The notes: generated by a model from the letters alone, not told the origin. 35,259 bases of DNA from Candidatus Brocadiia bacterium (GCA_046538485.1 JBKHIT010000054.1:1-35259), one strand, 5' to 3'; positions 8,696-18,096 are shown, counted from the first letter of the stretch. Program-made: numbers and translations.

Positions 8696-8810
8696 GGTTG
8701 AGTGTCCTCCCTTAAAATAAATACGCGGGGATGAGCAGGGGAGCGCAAGAACCTCTCATCCCCGCGAGCGGCCGGAGGCCAGTTCCGGCCAACTTCGACG
8801 ATTTGGGGTG

Positions 8811-9152
8811 TTAATCTTCGGAATCTGCGGCTTGTTCAAGCTCTTCGATGCGTTGCTGGATCTGATCCAGTGTTGTCTGAAGGTATTCGGCTTGTTGTCT
8901 GAGATAATCCAATTCATTACTGGATGCCATCATTCCGTAAGAGTTTGGAGCGCCATATGGAGCTGAAGCCGCATAGGGAGCTCCATACGCGTAACTGCCC
9001 CATCTGGCTTGCGGTGCGCGACCCCAACCCCGGTATCCCCGGCCCGGTATGGCATTCATGAAGCCGGGTACGGAGTAACCGGCGCAATAACCGGCCGCAC
9101 GTCCTGTCATCGGCCCGAATCCTGCGGGCCCTGTGCCATCACCACCTGGCAT
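8811..9152 (-). CDS. DUF5320-family protein
   Basis: MPGGDGTGPAGFGPMTGRAAGYCAG N-terminus, Gly/Arg/Tyr-rich middle, C-terminal coiled coil; SD GGAGG before the ATG at 9152. Confidence 0.85.
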   Translation of the reverse strand: MPGGDGTGPAGFGPMTGRAAGYCAGYSVPGFMNAIPGRGYRGWGRAPQARWGSYAYGAPYAASAPYGAPNSYGMMASSNELDYLRQQAEYLQTTLDQIQQRIEELEQAADSED

Positions 9153-9206
9153 GATTCGTCCTCCGTAATTTGCCAAATTTTATTTTAAATTCAAACACAG
9201 CCAATA

Positions 9207-9590
9207 TTAATTCCGCATATTGCGCGAACGATGCTGTCGCCAGGGCTCCGTTATGCGTCCGGGCATCATGAACCGGTCGGCAGGCAACTGGCCGGTTAAA
9301 TACGCCGCGAGAACCTTCTCAAGCTGACCGGTGATCCACCCAATAACCTGAATGCCGGAAACTTGAGCCCTGTGAGCGAGCGGGCGCGAAATCGCGCCAC
9401 ATATCAGCGTTTCCACATCGAATTGAACCAGCAGCTCAACGCGCTGTTCAGGACGTGGACTCTGAATATTCTCCGTCATCCTTCCGACCTCAGAGTTATT
9501 CTCAATTTCGACGAGAGTAACGCTGAGAGCGGTATCGAATAAAGGAGAAACTCGTCCATTCCAATTGGAAATTGCAATCGTTTTCGCCAC
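9207..9590 (-). CDS. NifB/NifX-family molybdenum-iron cluster-binding-like protein
   Basis: GRVSPLFDTA, VETLICGAIS and FMMPG motifs. Confidence 0.85.
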   Translation of the reverse strand: MAKTIAISNWNGRVSPLFDTALSVTLVEIENNSEVGRMTENIQSPRPEQRVELLVQFDVETLICGAISRPLAHRAQVSGIQVIGWITGQLEKVLAAYLTGQLPADRFMMPGRITEPWRQHRSRNMRN

Positions 9591-9615
9591 ATTTAACCTT
9601 TTTCAGGTTATATAA

Positions 9616-9631
9616 TGCATATTACATGCCA
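9616..9631 (-). promoter_or_regulatory. Sigma-54 (-24/-12) promoter of the NifX/DUF5320 operon
   Basis: The minus strand reads TGGCATGTAATATGCA (GG-N10-GC), 25 bp upstream of the start at 9590 and next to a sigma-54 activator gene. Confidence 0.85.
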
Positions 9632-9733
9632 GCAGAGCGTGCCAGAGTTGTTTGGATAACGTAAGTCACTGCAGTGAAAGAGGATGAAGAATAATAAATA
9701 GGAATTGTGGCGTAGCCACTCCACCTCGAGGCG

Positions 9734-9778
9734 TTGCATTGTGCATCTATTCGCCGGTTGGCGTGTTGCATAATGCAA
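9734..9778. promoter_or_regulatory. Tandem upstream activator sequences (putative bEBP binding sites)
   Basis: TTGCATTGTGCAT (9734-9746) and TTGCATAATGCAA (9766-9778), offset by 32 bp and 100-150 bp upstream of the sigma-54 promoter. Confidence 0.7.
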
Positions 9779-9803
9779 AAGGGCGGTGCTGGTGAAATTC
9801 GGT

Positions 9804-11138
9804 TCACCGGTTTTCCGGGGGGGAGATATCGTAGGAGTTCATTTTACGCCAGAGTGTTGTTTTGTGGATCCCCAGTTCGTCGGCGGTCTTCGTGCGGTTC
9901 CAGTCATTTCGCTCAAGGGCATGATAGATCCAGTGGGCTTCGAGCTCTTTCAGTGTTTTACCGGTCGGGAGAGAGGCGGAAGATTCCGATTCGCGGAGGT
10001 TCTCAGGGAGGTGGCGTGGCTCAATCATGGCTCCATCGCAGACGACGAACGCATGTTCAATGATATTTTCCAGTTCACGGATATTTCCGGGGAAGTCGTG
10101 GTTCATCAATATGTTCAGTGCTTCAGGAGAGATATCATTCACTTCTTTACGCTGGAGTTTGCGCAAATGGATCAGAAAATGGTCGATGAGCAACGGAATG
10201 TCGTCGCGCCGCTCCTTCAGGGGGGGGAGTTTAACGCTCACAACGTTCACCCGATAGTAAAGATCTTTTCGGAAATCTCCTTTTTCAACCAGTTCTGAGA
10301 GATCTTTATTTGTTGCGGTCAGCACGCGCACATCGGCTTTTTGGGGTTTCGTTCCTCCAAGGGGTTCGTATGTTTTTTCCTGCAGCACACGCAGCAAGCG
10401 GACCTGGAGGGCGGGTGAGACGTCGCCGATTTCATCCAGAAATATTGTTCCACCTTCGGCGCGGGCAAAGCGACCGGGTTTATCTTTTTTGGCGTCGGTA
10501 AAAGCGCCTGCGACGTGACCAAAAAGTTCTGATTCCAGAAGTGAATCGGGGAGTGCCCCGCAATTGACTGTCACAAGAGGGCCTTCGCTGCGGGGGCTGA
10601 GGTTGTGGATTGCGCGGGCGACGAGTTCTTTCCCGGTTCCGCTTTGACCTTCGATAAGAACGGTGCTTTCGCTATCGGCGATACGGGGAAGAACATCGAA
10701 TATTTCCTGCATCCGGTGATTTTTACTGATAATATCTGAAAAAGTATAGTGTTTTGTGACCTCGCGGCGCAGTTCTTCCACGAGGCTCAGGTCGCGGAAG
10801 GTTTCAACACCACCGAGAAATTCCCCGTTTTCGTCGCGGAGGATAGCCGTGGAAATGCTGATAGGGATGCGTTCGCCGGAAGCGTTAACGATATAGATTG
10901 CTCGGTTGACTACTGGCCGACCCGTCTCCAGGGTATGCTTGAGCGCACATTCCGATTCGCAGATGCTGGCACGGAATACTTCCCAACAGGGTTCCCCGAT
11001 CGCCTGCTCTCGAGGTACACCAGTTATTTGTTGTGCCGCTTTATTGAAGGATTGGATATGCCTTTCTTTGTCGATGGTGAATACCCCATCGGCAACGCTG
11101 TCAAGTATGACCTGTGCGGTTTTATTTATTCTTTTCAT
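9804..11138 (-). CDS. PAS-domain sigma-54-dependent activator, OrpR-like
   Basis: PAS domain with CWEVFRASICESEC (C-x8-C-x3-C), GQSGTGKE, ESELFGH..GAFTDA, FLDEIGD, PGNIRELEN, and a C-terminal Fis-type HTH. Confidence 0.92.
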   Translation of the reverse strand: MKRINKTAQVILDSVADGVFTIDKERHIQSFNKAAQQITGVPREQAIGEPCWEVFRASICESECALKHTLETGRPVVNRAIYIVNASGERIPISISTAILRDENGEFLGGVETFRDLSLVEELRREVTKHYTFSDIISKNHRMQEIFDVLPRIADSESTVLIEGQSGTGKELVARAIHNLSPRSEGPLVTVNCGALPDSLLESELFGHVAGAFTDAKKDKPGRFARAEGGTIFLDEIGDVSPALQVRLLRVLQEKTYEPLGGTKPQKADVRVLTATNKDLSELVEKGDFRKDLYYRVNVVSVKLPPLKERRDDIPLLIDHFLIHLRKLQRKEVNDISPEALNILMNHDFPGNIRELENIIEHAFVVCDGAMIEPRHLPENLRESESSASLPTGKTLKELEAHWIYHALERNDWNRTKTADELGIHKTTLWRKMNSYDISPPENR

Positions 11139-11457
11139 GTTTGGTATCGCTGCGATTCAGAAGCGAATCCGGCTTTGGCGCGAGTGTTCCGGATGCTGAG
11201 AAGGGGCGCCCTGCGTGTTTAAGTCGAAAGATGGAACACGAACATGGATGTATTATTTATTCTACCAGTTCCAAAAGCCCGTTTCATTTGAGCACAGAAC
11301 TGATTTGCATTCCGCCCCGCCCTTCGGATTTTACAGATAACGTCTCTCCACGAGGCCTTTTATCCCGCATTTCTGATGAACCTTAATGAAAAATGGTCAT
11401 AAACGGCAGTTTCCTGAAATCCCAGTTTTGTTGAAGTTCCGATTCGGCAGGCGAATG

Positions 11458-11491
11458 AAAAAAGGCCGTCGAGCTCAAGGGCCCGACGGCC
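11458..11491 (-). terminator. Rho-independent terminator after tRNA-Gln
   Basis: Minus strand GGCCGTCGGGC-CCTT-GAGCTCGACGGCC followed by TTTTTT. Confidence 0.85.
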
Positions 11492-11498
11492 ACAATAT

Positions 11499-11573
11499 TG
11501 GTTTCCCGGCCAGGACTCGAACCTGGAATGGCAGGACCAAAACCTGCTGTGTTACCAATTACACCACCGGGAA
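11499..11573 (-). tRNA. tRNA-Gln (TTG)
   Basis: Acceptor stem TTCCCGG/CCGGGAA, D-arm GGTGTAATTGGTAACAC, anticodon arm GCAGG-TTTTGGT-CCTGC, T-loop GGTTCGAGTCC, encoded CCA. Confidence 0.97.
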
Positions 11574-11595
11574 GCACACCTCAGATGTAGGTGTA

Positions 11596-11624
11596 ATTAT
11601 ACATGGGGAGCGCGCGGAATCCAA
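11596..11624 (-). promoter_or_regulatory. Sigma-70 promoter of tRNA-Gln
   Basis: TTGGAT-17 bp-TATAAT on the minus strand. Confidence 0.65.
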
Positions 11625-11664
11625 ATTTCTTGCGCTTGATAGAAGGGATCGGAGACAAGGATTT

Positions 11665-12855
11665 TCAGAAACCAACAGTATCCACATCTTTGGCCGGTTG
11701 CTCTTCTTCATTTTCATCGATTTCGGCTTCTTCGTCGCCTTTTTCAGGTTCCTCTTCCGTTGTTCCCTCGGATTTTTCAGGCGCGGATTGAGGGGCTTTG
11801 GCCACTTGTTTTGCTTTCTGGAACTGCTCCCAAACAGTTTTAGCGACAAAAAGGTCACCGTTTACCATTTGTTCCTGTTGGCTCAGGATCGTTGCTTGTG
11901 AAGTTGAATCATATATCCGACTCAGAATAACTTCTCCTTTGACGGTTTTTTCTCCGGAGGGATTTTCAGCATAGATGACATAACGTTTATTTTTTTCACG
12001 GTTACAGTCTTCACCGCCTTCGAGCATTATAATTTCTTCGCTCGGCTCAACCACCAACACCTGGCCGGCTGATTCCATCGTCTTTTCTACCGGCCCGCCA
12101 GCGGTTGCCATCTGATACTTTTGCTCCCACTTGTCGATCCGATCTCTGAGGTCGTCAATTTTCCTGTTCTCTTGTTTTTCCAGTTGTTCTTTCTGCTTTT
12201 TCATATCCTTGAAGTCTTCACGAGCCTCCTGACGGAGCTCTGTCATTTCGGAATACTGTTCTTCAAGTTCAGCCGTTTTTTCCTTGTGTCTTTTGATCAG
12301 ATTATTCTTCTGCTGTGTTAAGCGCTGTTCGAATTTTTTCATCTGTTCTGTTTTTTTGGTCAGGAGCTCTTCTTTATCTTTGAGGGTTCCACTCAATTCC
12401 TTAACTTTCGCATTGAGTCGTTCATACTCTTCTTCGTAATATCCCACGAGATTGGCCATTTTGTTGTAGCCTTTGGCCGGAGTTTCCTCGAGTTTTGTTT
12501 GGACCTGTTTTGCCGAATCCCACTGCAGTTTATCAACCATTCTTTCGTACTCTGCCGACTCCTCCAGTTTGTCGGCGACATTCCGGAGCGAATCTTCCCT
12601 GTACTGGATCCCGTATTCCGCTCCTTCTGATGCTTCCAGATCCCATCTTTTTTGGGTGAATTCATTCCTGTATTCTTCGAATTTTTTGCCTATAGTGCCC
12701 TTAAAGGCAAGTTGATTCTCGTCGATGGCTGACTGCAGGATTGTGTTCTGCTGGTACAGCCAGAGGGCTGCCCCGATACCAATGAAAGACAGAACAATGA
12801 AAATCACCAGCGCGACAACGGTTCCTGATCCTGAACTGCGTCGTTTAGCGGTCAT
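11665..12855 (-). CDS. Membrane-anchored coiled-coil hypothetical protein
   Basis: 396 aa: single N-terminal TM helix, long K/E/Q heptad region, small beta-rich C-terminal domain, acidic tail. Confidence 0.8.
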   Translation of the reverse strand: MTAKRRSSGSGTVVALVIFIVLSFIGIGAALWLYQQNTILQSAIDENQLAFKGTIGKKFEEYRNEFTQKRWDLEASEGAEYGIQYREDSLRNVADKLEESAEYERMVDKLQWDSAKQVQTKLEETPAKGYNKMANLVGYYEEEYERLNAKVKELSGTLKDKEELLTKKTEQMKKFEQRLTQQKNNLIKRHKEKTAELEEQYSEMTELRQEAREDFKDMKKQKEQLEKQENRKIDDLRDRIDKWEQKYQMATAGGPVEKTMESAGQVLVVEPSEEIIMLEGGEDCNREKNKRYVIYAENPSGEKTVKGEVILSRIYDSTSQATILSQQEQMVNGDLFVAKTVWEQFQKAKQVAKAPQSAPEKSEGTTEEEPEKGDEEAEIDENEEEQPAKDVDTVGF

Positions 12856-12962
12856 ATTCCTTTTTTCCTCCCATTACCTTGGGACCAAGCCCCCGGTTAC
12901 CGTCCCCCAACCGGATACTTTTCAACATCCCTGTAATTCAAAAAAGCAGATTTCACCTCATA

Positions 12963-12991
12963 ACTTTATCCATCTTGGAATGGTTTGTCAA
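12963..12991 (-). promoter_or_regulatory. Sigma-70 promoter
   Basis: TTGACA-17 bp-TAAAGT on the minus strand, upstream of the 396-aa gene. Confidence 0.6.
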
Positions 12992-13034
12992 CCTTAATTG
13001 GCGCGCCCGTATGTTGGAATCGCCCAGTCTGGTT

Positions 13035-16000
13035 TCATTTTTTGAGCGTTTGATTGACAACTTGGGCAAGTTCTTCTGTCATTGCCGGGTTCAGTATTCG
13101 CCGCAGAATCGTTGATTCTCGCACAAAATACAGTGCCAGCGTGATGGTCTCGTCTGGCCATCCGCAACCCTTTGCCGCCAGCCCATAAAGCCAGAGCTGC
13201 GGCCAGTAGCGACTGGCAATTGACTTCATTTTGTGTTCGGGGACCAGGTCGGTCTTAAAATCCAGTATTGTTGTACCGGAACCGCAGACGCAAACGAGAT
13301 CCATCGTGCCTTCGAGTAAACCGGCGTCGGGATCCAGAACGGGGAGATTTTTCAAAGGTATTGCAAAAGGGACTTCCTTTTCCACGCGATCAGCTTTCTT
13401 TACGAGCTGGAGGAAATCGTCGCACTGGAGGGCATTTCGGGCGAGCTCGGCGGCCCCCTGGATAATCTCCTGGTCCAGCTGCATATCGGCTCCTTCGGCT
13501 CGTGCTATGTTGCGAACCAGTGATGCCAAATTGTTTTTCACGGCGTCATTTCGAAGCGAGATGCGCTCCAGAATCCGGTGGAAAAGTGAACCCAGGAAGC
13601 GTCCCCCACTGCGATCTCCCTCGGGTTCAAATGCTGCCGGACCCGGGCCTTCGAGCGAACTGGGAAGCACAATCCGAATCCCTTTCGAGGCCGCAGCAGT
13701 CGATAGGTCTCGCTGCTTAATCCATTCTTCGCGTTGCTCAAGCAGCTCAAAAGGCGATGGCTTCCGGCCCGTTATGGTTTCGGCCACCGGCGGGGAGGGC
13801 GCTGTTTTTGAGACATTCAGTGACGGTGTGTCCCAGAAGAACAGGTTTTTTCTGCTTTCACCGAAAGGAACCTCATCGGGATCGGGAAACCCACCCGATT
13901 GCAAGAGGAATCCCAGCAAGCAATCACCGACTTTGTCGTTTTTTTGCCAGAAGAGGGGCAGTACGAGAGAACGTTCCGCCCGGGTTGCCGCCACGTACAG
14001 CACCCGTTTTTGCTCGGCCAGTTCGTTTTTCGATTCTATTTCTGCGAGGTCATTGTAGTTAATAGATCGGATCCCGGCTCCTGCCTGCAGGCCAACGCGA
14101 CCGCGAACGTGATCGACAATGAGAGGTGGCTGAGAGGAAGACAGACGCCGGGACAGGTCGGGCAGGCAAACGATGGGAAATTGAAGGCCTTTCGATTTGT
14201 GAATGCTCATGAGGTGAACGAACGGTTCCCCCGGCTCAACAAGCGATGATTCTTCCTCTGCCTCTTCTCTTTCCTGGAGATCTGCCAGATAATCTACCAC
14301 GCTACGGAAAGTGGTATGGGAGGCATTCCAAAGCATGCGCATTTGCCCGGAAAGTTTTTCAATGTTGGCTGCCCGTTGTTCGCCACCGGGTTTTAGCTGA
14401 AACGATTCGACGGCTTTCGTTGTATCAAGTATTTTTCGAAGAAGCGCTTGCGGCGGAATTGAGTTCCTTTGCTCGTGCCATTGCCCGAGCAGTCTCATCG
14501 GTTCGGTCACACAGGCTTCGGACCCTGTTGTTTCCGTATAATTCCAGGTATCTGTGGATTGATAATAGCGAAAAAGATCTTCGTCGGATATCCCGAAGTA
14601 AGAGCTGCGAAGTGCAGCAATAATAGATACCGAGTCAAGCGGGTCGTCCAACGCCCTGAGAACGGATATTGTTTCGACAATTTCTTCCCTCCGGTAAAAA
14701 CTTTTTCCCCCCACCACCCTGTAGGGAATATCTATTTCCTCCAGAGCTTCCTCGTAAATTCCCACGTCGGTCAGGGCCCGGAACAGAAGCGCGAAATCTC
14801 CGAAATCTGCCTTGCCCTCGTCAGAGTAAAGGGGACATGAACCAACCGAGGATTTTTCCACGACCTCTCTGATGAAATGTGCGATATGGCGTGCTTCGCA
14901 ACGGCGCCCGTCTTCCGCGCTCCAATCCTTGCGTGCGAGTCCAGGTGGCGGGTACAGGCAAATAGTTGGATTAGCTTCATATTCGGAGGGTTTCTCGGAT
15001 GCGACCAGCGGAACGTATTCAGCTTGATAGACACCGTCTTCTTCGGCGGGGGCGAAGAGCGGTTCGAAAAGATCATTCAGCGAATCTATCAGCATTGCCG
15101 TGGAACGGAAATTGCGAAACAGGTTCTGGATCCGGCCCGTTTTGTCAGATAAATTGCCAAAGAGTGATTTAAATTTCTCGTAGACCTGAACGTCGGCGCG
15201 ACGGAAGCGGTAGATGGACTGTTTAGGGTCACCGACGACGAATAGTTTAATGGGGTCCAGTTGAACTTCGTCCAGCGATTGGGCCGGGTCGGTCGTCGAA
15301 TCCTCGCAGAGGTAAGCGATGATTTCGGCCTGCAGGGGGTCGGTATCCTGGAATTCATCGACCAGAATCGCATCAAACTGTTTTTGAAATAATTTCCGTG
15401 CGGGAATGTTTTCGCGAAGCATTCGGGCGGACAAAAGAAGTAAATCGTGGAAATCGGCGACCGATCTTCGTTTTTTCTCTTCCCGGTAATAGTCGGCGAA
15501 TCCGCTTAGCCACTCGAAGAGATCGCAAGCGAAATAACCGATGATTTTTCGTGCCGCATCCACCAACGTACCGAGTACCGTTTGCCCCGCGTCTCGCGAA
15601 TCCTTGTCAAAACTTTTTAGCGCCCCTTGAAGGTCGGTGTCAGCGAGATCGGAGGCCGCTCCGATGAGTTGAAACCGGTTGATTTCGGCGCCCGAGGACA
15701 AATCGCGCACAGCCCGACGGATTTTTCGCGAATTTTTGTTGCCGCTTTTCATGTGGGCACTGATGTAGTCGGCGCCCGGAGCCACGGCATCTTGGAATTC
15801 GCGATAGAGTTTTTTGGGCGACAACTCTGGGCGCGGCAGTTCAAAACGATTTTGTTCCAGGATCTCTGAAGATTTCAGAAGCGCAAGGCCGAGATCTTTG
15901 AGTCCCGTCCCATAGTTACCAACGCCCCCAGCACGAACTCCGGCGGCCAGTGCCTCTGCAAATACCCCGGCTGGATTTTGATTTTGTTCGCTGATCCATT

Positions 16001-16451
16001 CTTCCCAGCATCTTTCGCGCAGTATTCGGGCCCGGGTTTCGTCCAGAACGTCGAAATTAGGGTCGATCCCGGCTTCCACTGGGCGAGCGCGCAGTAGGTT
16101 GGCGCAGAAAGAATGGATTGTCGATATCCGTGCTTGATCAATTTCCTCAACGGCAAGGTGGAGTCGGTGGTGCTCTCTATCGGTGAGGTCTTCTTTGGCG
16201 AGTTCTTCTATAAGCTTCGTCCTGAGCCGAAACTCCATTTCAGCCGCTGCTTTTTCTGTGAATGTAATTGCTACGGCGTGTTTCAGCCGGAACTGCCCGC
16301 TCCGGACACCGTCAAGAACTCTTTCCACAAGAAGCGTTGTTTTCCCGGTGCCCGCGGCAGCTTCGATCAAAAGTGAGCGGTCGGAAGAAATAGCTTCGCG
16401 CCGTGTTTTTTCGTCACGCTCAATGGGAGAACTGGTGGGTATTTGGTTCAC
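13035..16451 (-). CDS. addA: AddA/RecB-like UvrD-family helicase-nuclease
   Basis: AAAGTGKT, ITFTEKAA, DEFQD, VGDPKQSIYRFR, NFRS, SIHKSKGLQF, YVAATRA; C-terminal PD-(D/E)xK nuclease GTMDLV..ILDFKT..QLWLY. Confidence 0.9.
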   Translation of the reverse strand: MNQIPTSSPIERDEKTRREAISSDRSLLIEAAAGTGKTTLLVERVLDGVRSGQFRLKHAVAITFTEKAAAEMEFRLRTKLIEELAKEDLTDREHHRLHLAVEEIDQARISTIHSFCANLLRARPVEAGIDPNFDVLDETRARILRERCWEEWISEQNQNPAGVFAEALAAGVRAGGVGNYGTGLKDLGLALLKSSEILEQNRFELPRPELSPKKLYREFQDAVAPGADYISAHMKSGNKNSRKIRRAVRDLSSGAEINRFQLIGAASDLADTDLQGALKSFDKDSRDAGQTVLGTLVDAARKIIGYFACDLFEWLSGFADYYREEKKRRSVADFHDLLLLSARMLRENIPARKLFQKQFDAILVDEFQDTDPLQAEIIAYLCEDSTTDPAQSLDEVQLDPIKLFVVGDPKQSIYRFRRADVQVYEKFKSLFGNLSDKTGRIQNLFRNFRSTAMLIDSLNDLFEPLFAPAEEDGVYQAEYVPLVASEKPSEYEANPTICLYPPPGLARKDWSAEDGRRCEARHIAHFIREVVEKSSVGSCPLYSDEGKADFGDFALLFRALTDVGIYEEALEEIDIPYRVVGGKSFYRREEIVETISVLRALDDPLDSVSIIAALRSSYFGISDEDLFRYYQSTDTWNYTETTGSEACVTEPMRLLGQWHEQRNSIPPQALLRKILDTTKAVESFQLKPGGEQRAANIEKLSGQMRMLWNASHTTFRSVVDYLADLQEREEAEEESSLVEPGEPFVHLMSIHKSKGLQFPIVCLPDLSRRLSSSQPPLIVDHVRGRVGLQAGAGIRSINYNDLAEIESKNELAEQKRVLYVAATRAERSLVLPLFWQKNDKVGDCLLGFLLQSGGFPDPDEVPFGESRKNLFFWDTPSLNVSKTAPSPPVAETITGRKPSPFELLEQREEWIKQRDLSTAAASKGIRIVLPSSLEGPGPAAFEPEGDRSGGRFLGSLFHRILERISLRNDAVKNNLASLVRNIARAEGADMQLDQEIIQGAAELARNALQCDDFLQLVKKADRVEKEVPFAIPLKNLPVLDPDAGLLEGTMDLVCVCGSGTTILDFKTDLVPEHKMKSIASRYWPQLWLYGLAAKGCGWPDETITLALYFVRESTILRRILNPAMTEELAQVVNQTLKK

Positions 16452-16918
16452 GCTTGTTCAGAAAGTTTGAGGATCATCGCTACTTCGTCGCAATTCGGGA
16501 AATTCGGGCATTTCAAGCAGTCGCTCCATACTTTATGGGGGAGATTATTCTTGTCATAGTTTTCAAAACCAAACTCCCGGAAGAAGCCCGGGAGATACGT
16601 CAGCACAAAGACCTTGTTCATGCCCAGCTCGGGTGCTTCTTCAAGACAGGCATTGACAAGCTTTTTCCCGATACCACGTCCCTGAGCATCTTCTCGGACG
16701 GCGAGGCTTCGGATCTCCCCCAGCCCTTCCCAGGTTACATGGAGTGCGGCGCACCCCAGAAATTCATTATTTTCTTCCCAGATGAAGAAATCACGGAGAG
16801 CTTCGTAGACTTCGTTCAGAGGGCGGGGCAGCATTTTCTCCTGAGCGGCGAAGTGGTTGACAAGTTCAGCAATCGCCGGAGGATCATTGACATTTGCTTT
16901 TCGAATTGTGGCATTCAT
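16448..16918 (-). CDS. GNAT N-acetyltransferase, short ArgA-like (amino-acid N-acetyltransferase)
   Basis: MLPR, GEIRSLAV, QGRGIG, VFVLT, LPHKVWSDCLKCP..CDE. ATG at 16918 is preferred; GTG at 16951 is an alternative. Confidence 0.85.
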   Translation of the reverse strand: MNATIRKANVNDPPAIAELVNHFAAQEKMLPRPLNEVYEALRDFFIWEENNEFLGCAALHVTWEGLGEIRSLAVREDAQGRGIGKKLVNACLEEAPELGMNKVFVLTYLPGFFREFGFENYDKNNLPHKVWSDCLKCPNFPNCDEVAMILKLSEQA

Positions 16919-16947
16919 TTTTCTTTTTATTCCACGGGGCAATGGTT

Positions 16948-17883
16948 TCACATGTTTTGCTGAAACCAGTGGACTGTTTGCTGAAGGCCATCCTGGAAGG
17001 TTACTTGCGGCTCGTAGCCGAGCTCCTCGCTCGCTCTGGTTATATCGGCTTCCGAATGGCGCACGTCGCCGGAACGTTCACTCTCGTATTGTGGGTTGAC
17101 TTCCACATCCATAATGTTACTTAACATTTCGAGCAGAGAATTCAAGGAAAATCTTTCTCCACAACCGACATTGTAAATTCCCCCGGAAGCTGCAGGCGCG
17201 ACGGCCGCCCTGAGGTTGGCTTCGACCACGTTTTCAACGAAAGTAAAATCCCGTGACTGCTCACCGTCGCCAAAGACAACCGGTTGCTCACCAGAAAGCA
17301 GAGCTGATATAAAAATCGGAATCACCGCGGCATACTGGCTTTTCGGGTTCTGCCGCGGCCCAAACACGTTGAAATAACGCAAGACGACCGTTTCGAGCCC
17401 GTAGATTTCGGGGTAAATTGTGCAGTGCTGTTCAGCGGCAAGTTTACTGATGGCATATGGACTGCGGGGTGACGGAGACATATCCTCGCGTTTCGGCAGG
17501 GTAGGTTTGTCGCCATAGACCGAACTGCTGGAAGCGTAAACGACACGTTTAACCCCGCATTTTCTGGCGGCTTCAAGAACCTGAACCGTGCCTTCGACAT
17601 TTGTTCTATTGGTTGCGACAGGGTTTTCGACCGATCTCTGCACGCTGGCCAATGCAGCCTGGTGGAAAACGATTTCGACCTCGGCGAAGGCTTCCTTTAA
17701 AAGTTTTCCATCGCAGATATCACCCTTGAAAAATTCGATGTGTCTTTCCGCTTCCCGGAGGTTTTCGGGCCGGCCTGTTGCAAAGTTGTCGATGACCCGA
17801 ACGTGTTTTTTCTCTTCCAGCAATCGGTCGACAATATGGGAGCCGATAAAACCAGCTCCGCCTGTCACCGCGAACAGATCCAT
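16948..17883 (-). CDS. NAD-dependent nucleotide-sugar epimerase/dehydratase (extended SDR, WbpP/GalE-like)
   Basis: TGGAGFIGSH, ASSSSVYG, YAISK, LRYFNVFGPRQ, GEQSRDF. Confidence 0.93.
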   Translation of the reverse strand: MDLFAVTGGAGFIGSHIVDRLLEEKKHVRVIDNFATGRPENLREAERHIEFFKGDICDGKLLKEAFAEVEIVFHQAALASVQRSVENPVATNRTNVEGTVQVLEAARKCGVKRVVYASSSSVYGDKPTLPKREDMSPSPRSPYAISKLAAEQHCTIYPEIYGLETVVLRYFNVFGPRQNPKSQYAAVIPIFISALLSGEQPVVFGDGEQSRDFTFVENVVEANLRAAVAPAASGGIYNVGCGERFSLNSLLEMLSNIMDVEVNPQYESERSGDVRHSEADITRASEELGYEPQVTFQDGLQQTVHWFQQNM

Positions 17884-18096
17884 TTTGTATGTTTCCTTTA
17901 AAAGGCAGCTTTATACACGGAATGAAGTGTAATGCAGAGAGGCTTTACTCGCAATGTTCTGGCCTGCGGCTGCTGGGGTGTTTTGAAATCTCCGCACGGC
18001 GGGCGGAACTCTTGTGGAGGGTGTTTTTTTGAACGAATACGCTCAGGCAGATATACTTGAACAATGGGGGTTGTTTCTGCTGGTGTGTGAATAGCC

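Noticed and set aside
9631..9644. Second sigma-54-like TGGCACGCTCTGCT on the minus strand
   Set aside because: The GG-GC spacing is 8 rather than the required 10.
5400..11573. Genomic island integrated at tRNA-Gln
   Set aside because: No integrase, and no direct duplicate of the tRNA 3' end was found downstream.
11383..11577. 64-aa minus-strand ORF
   Set aside because: It is a translation of the tRNA-Gln gene and its terminator.
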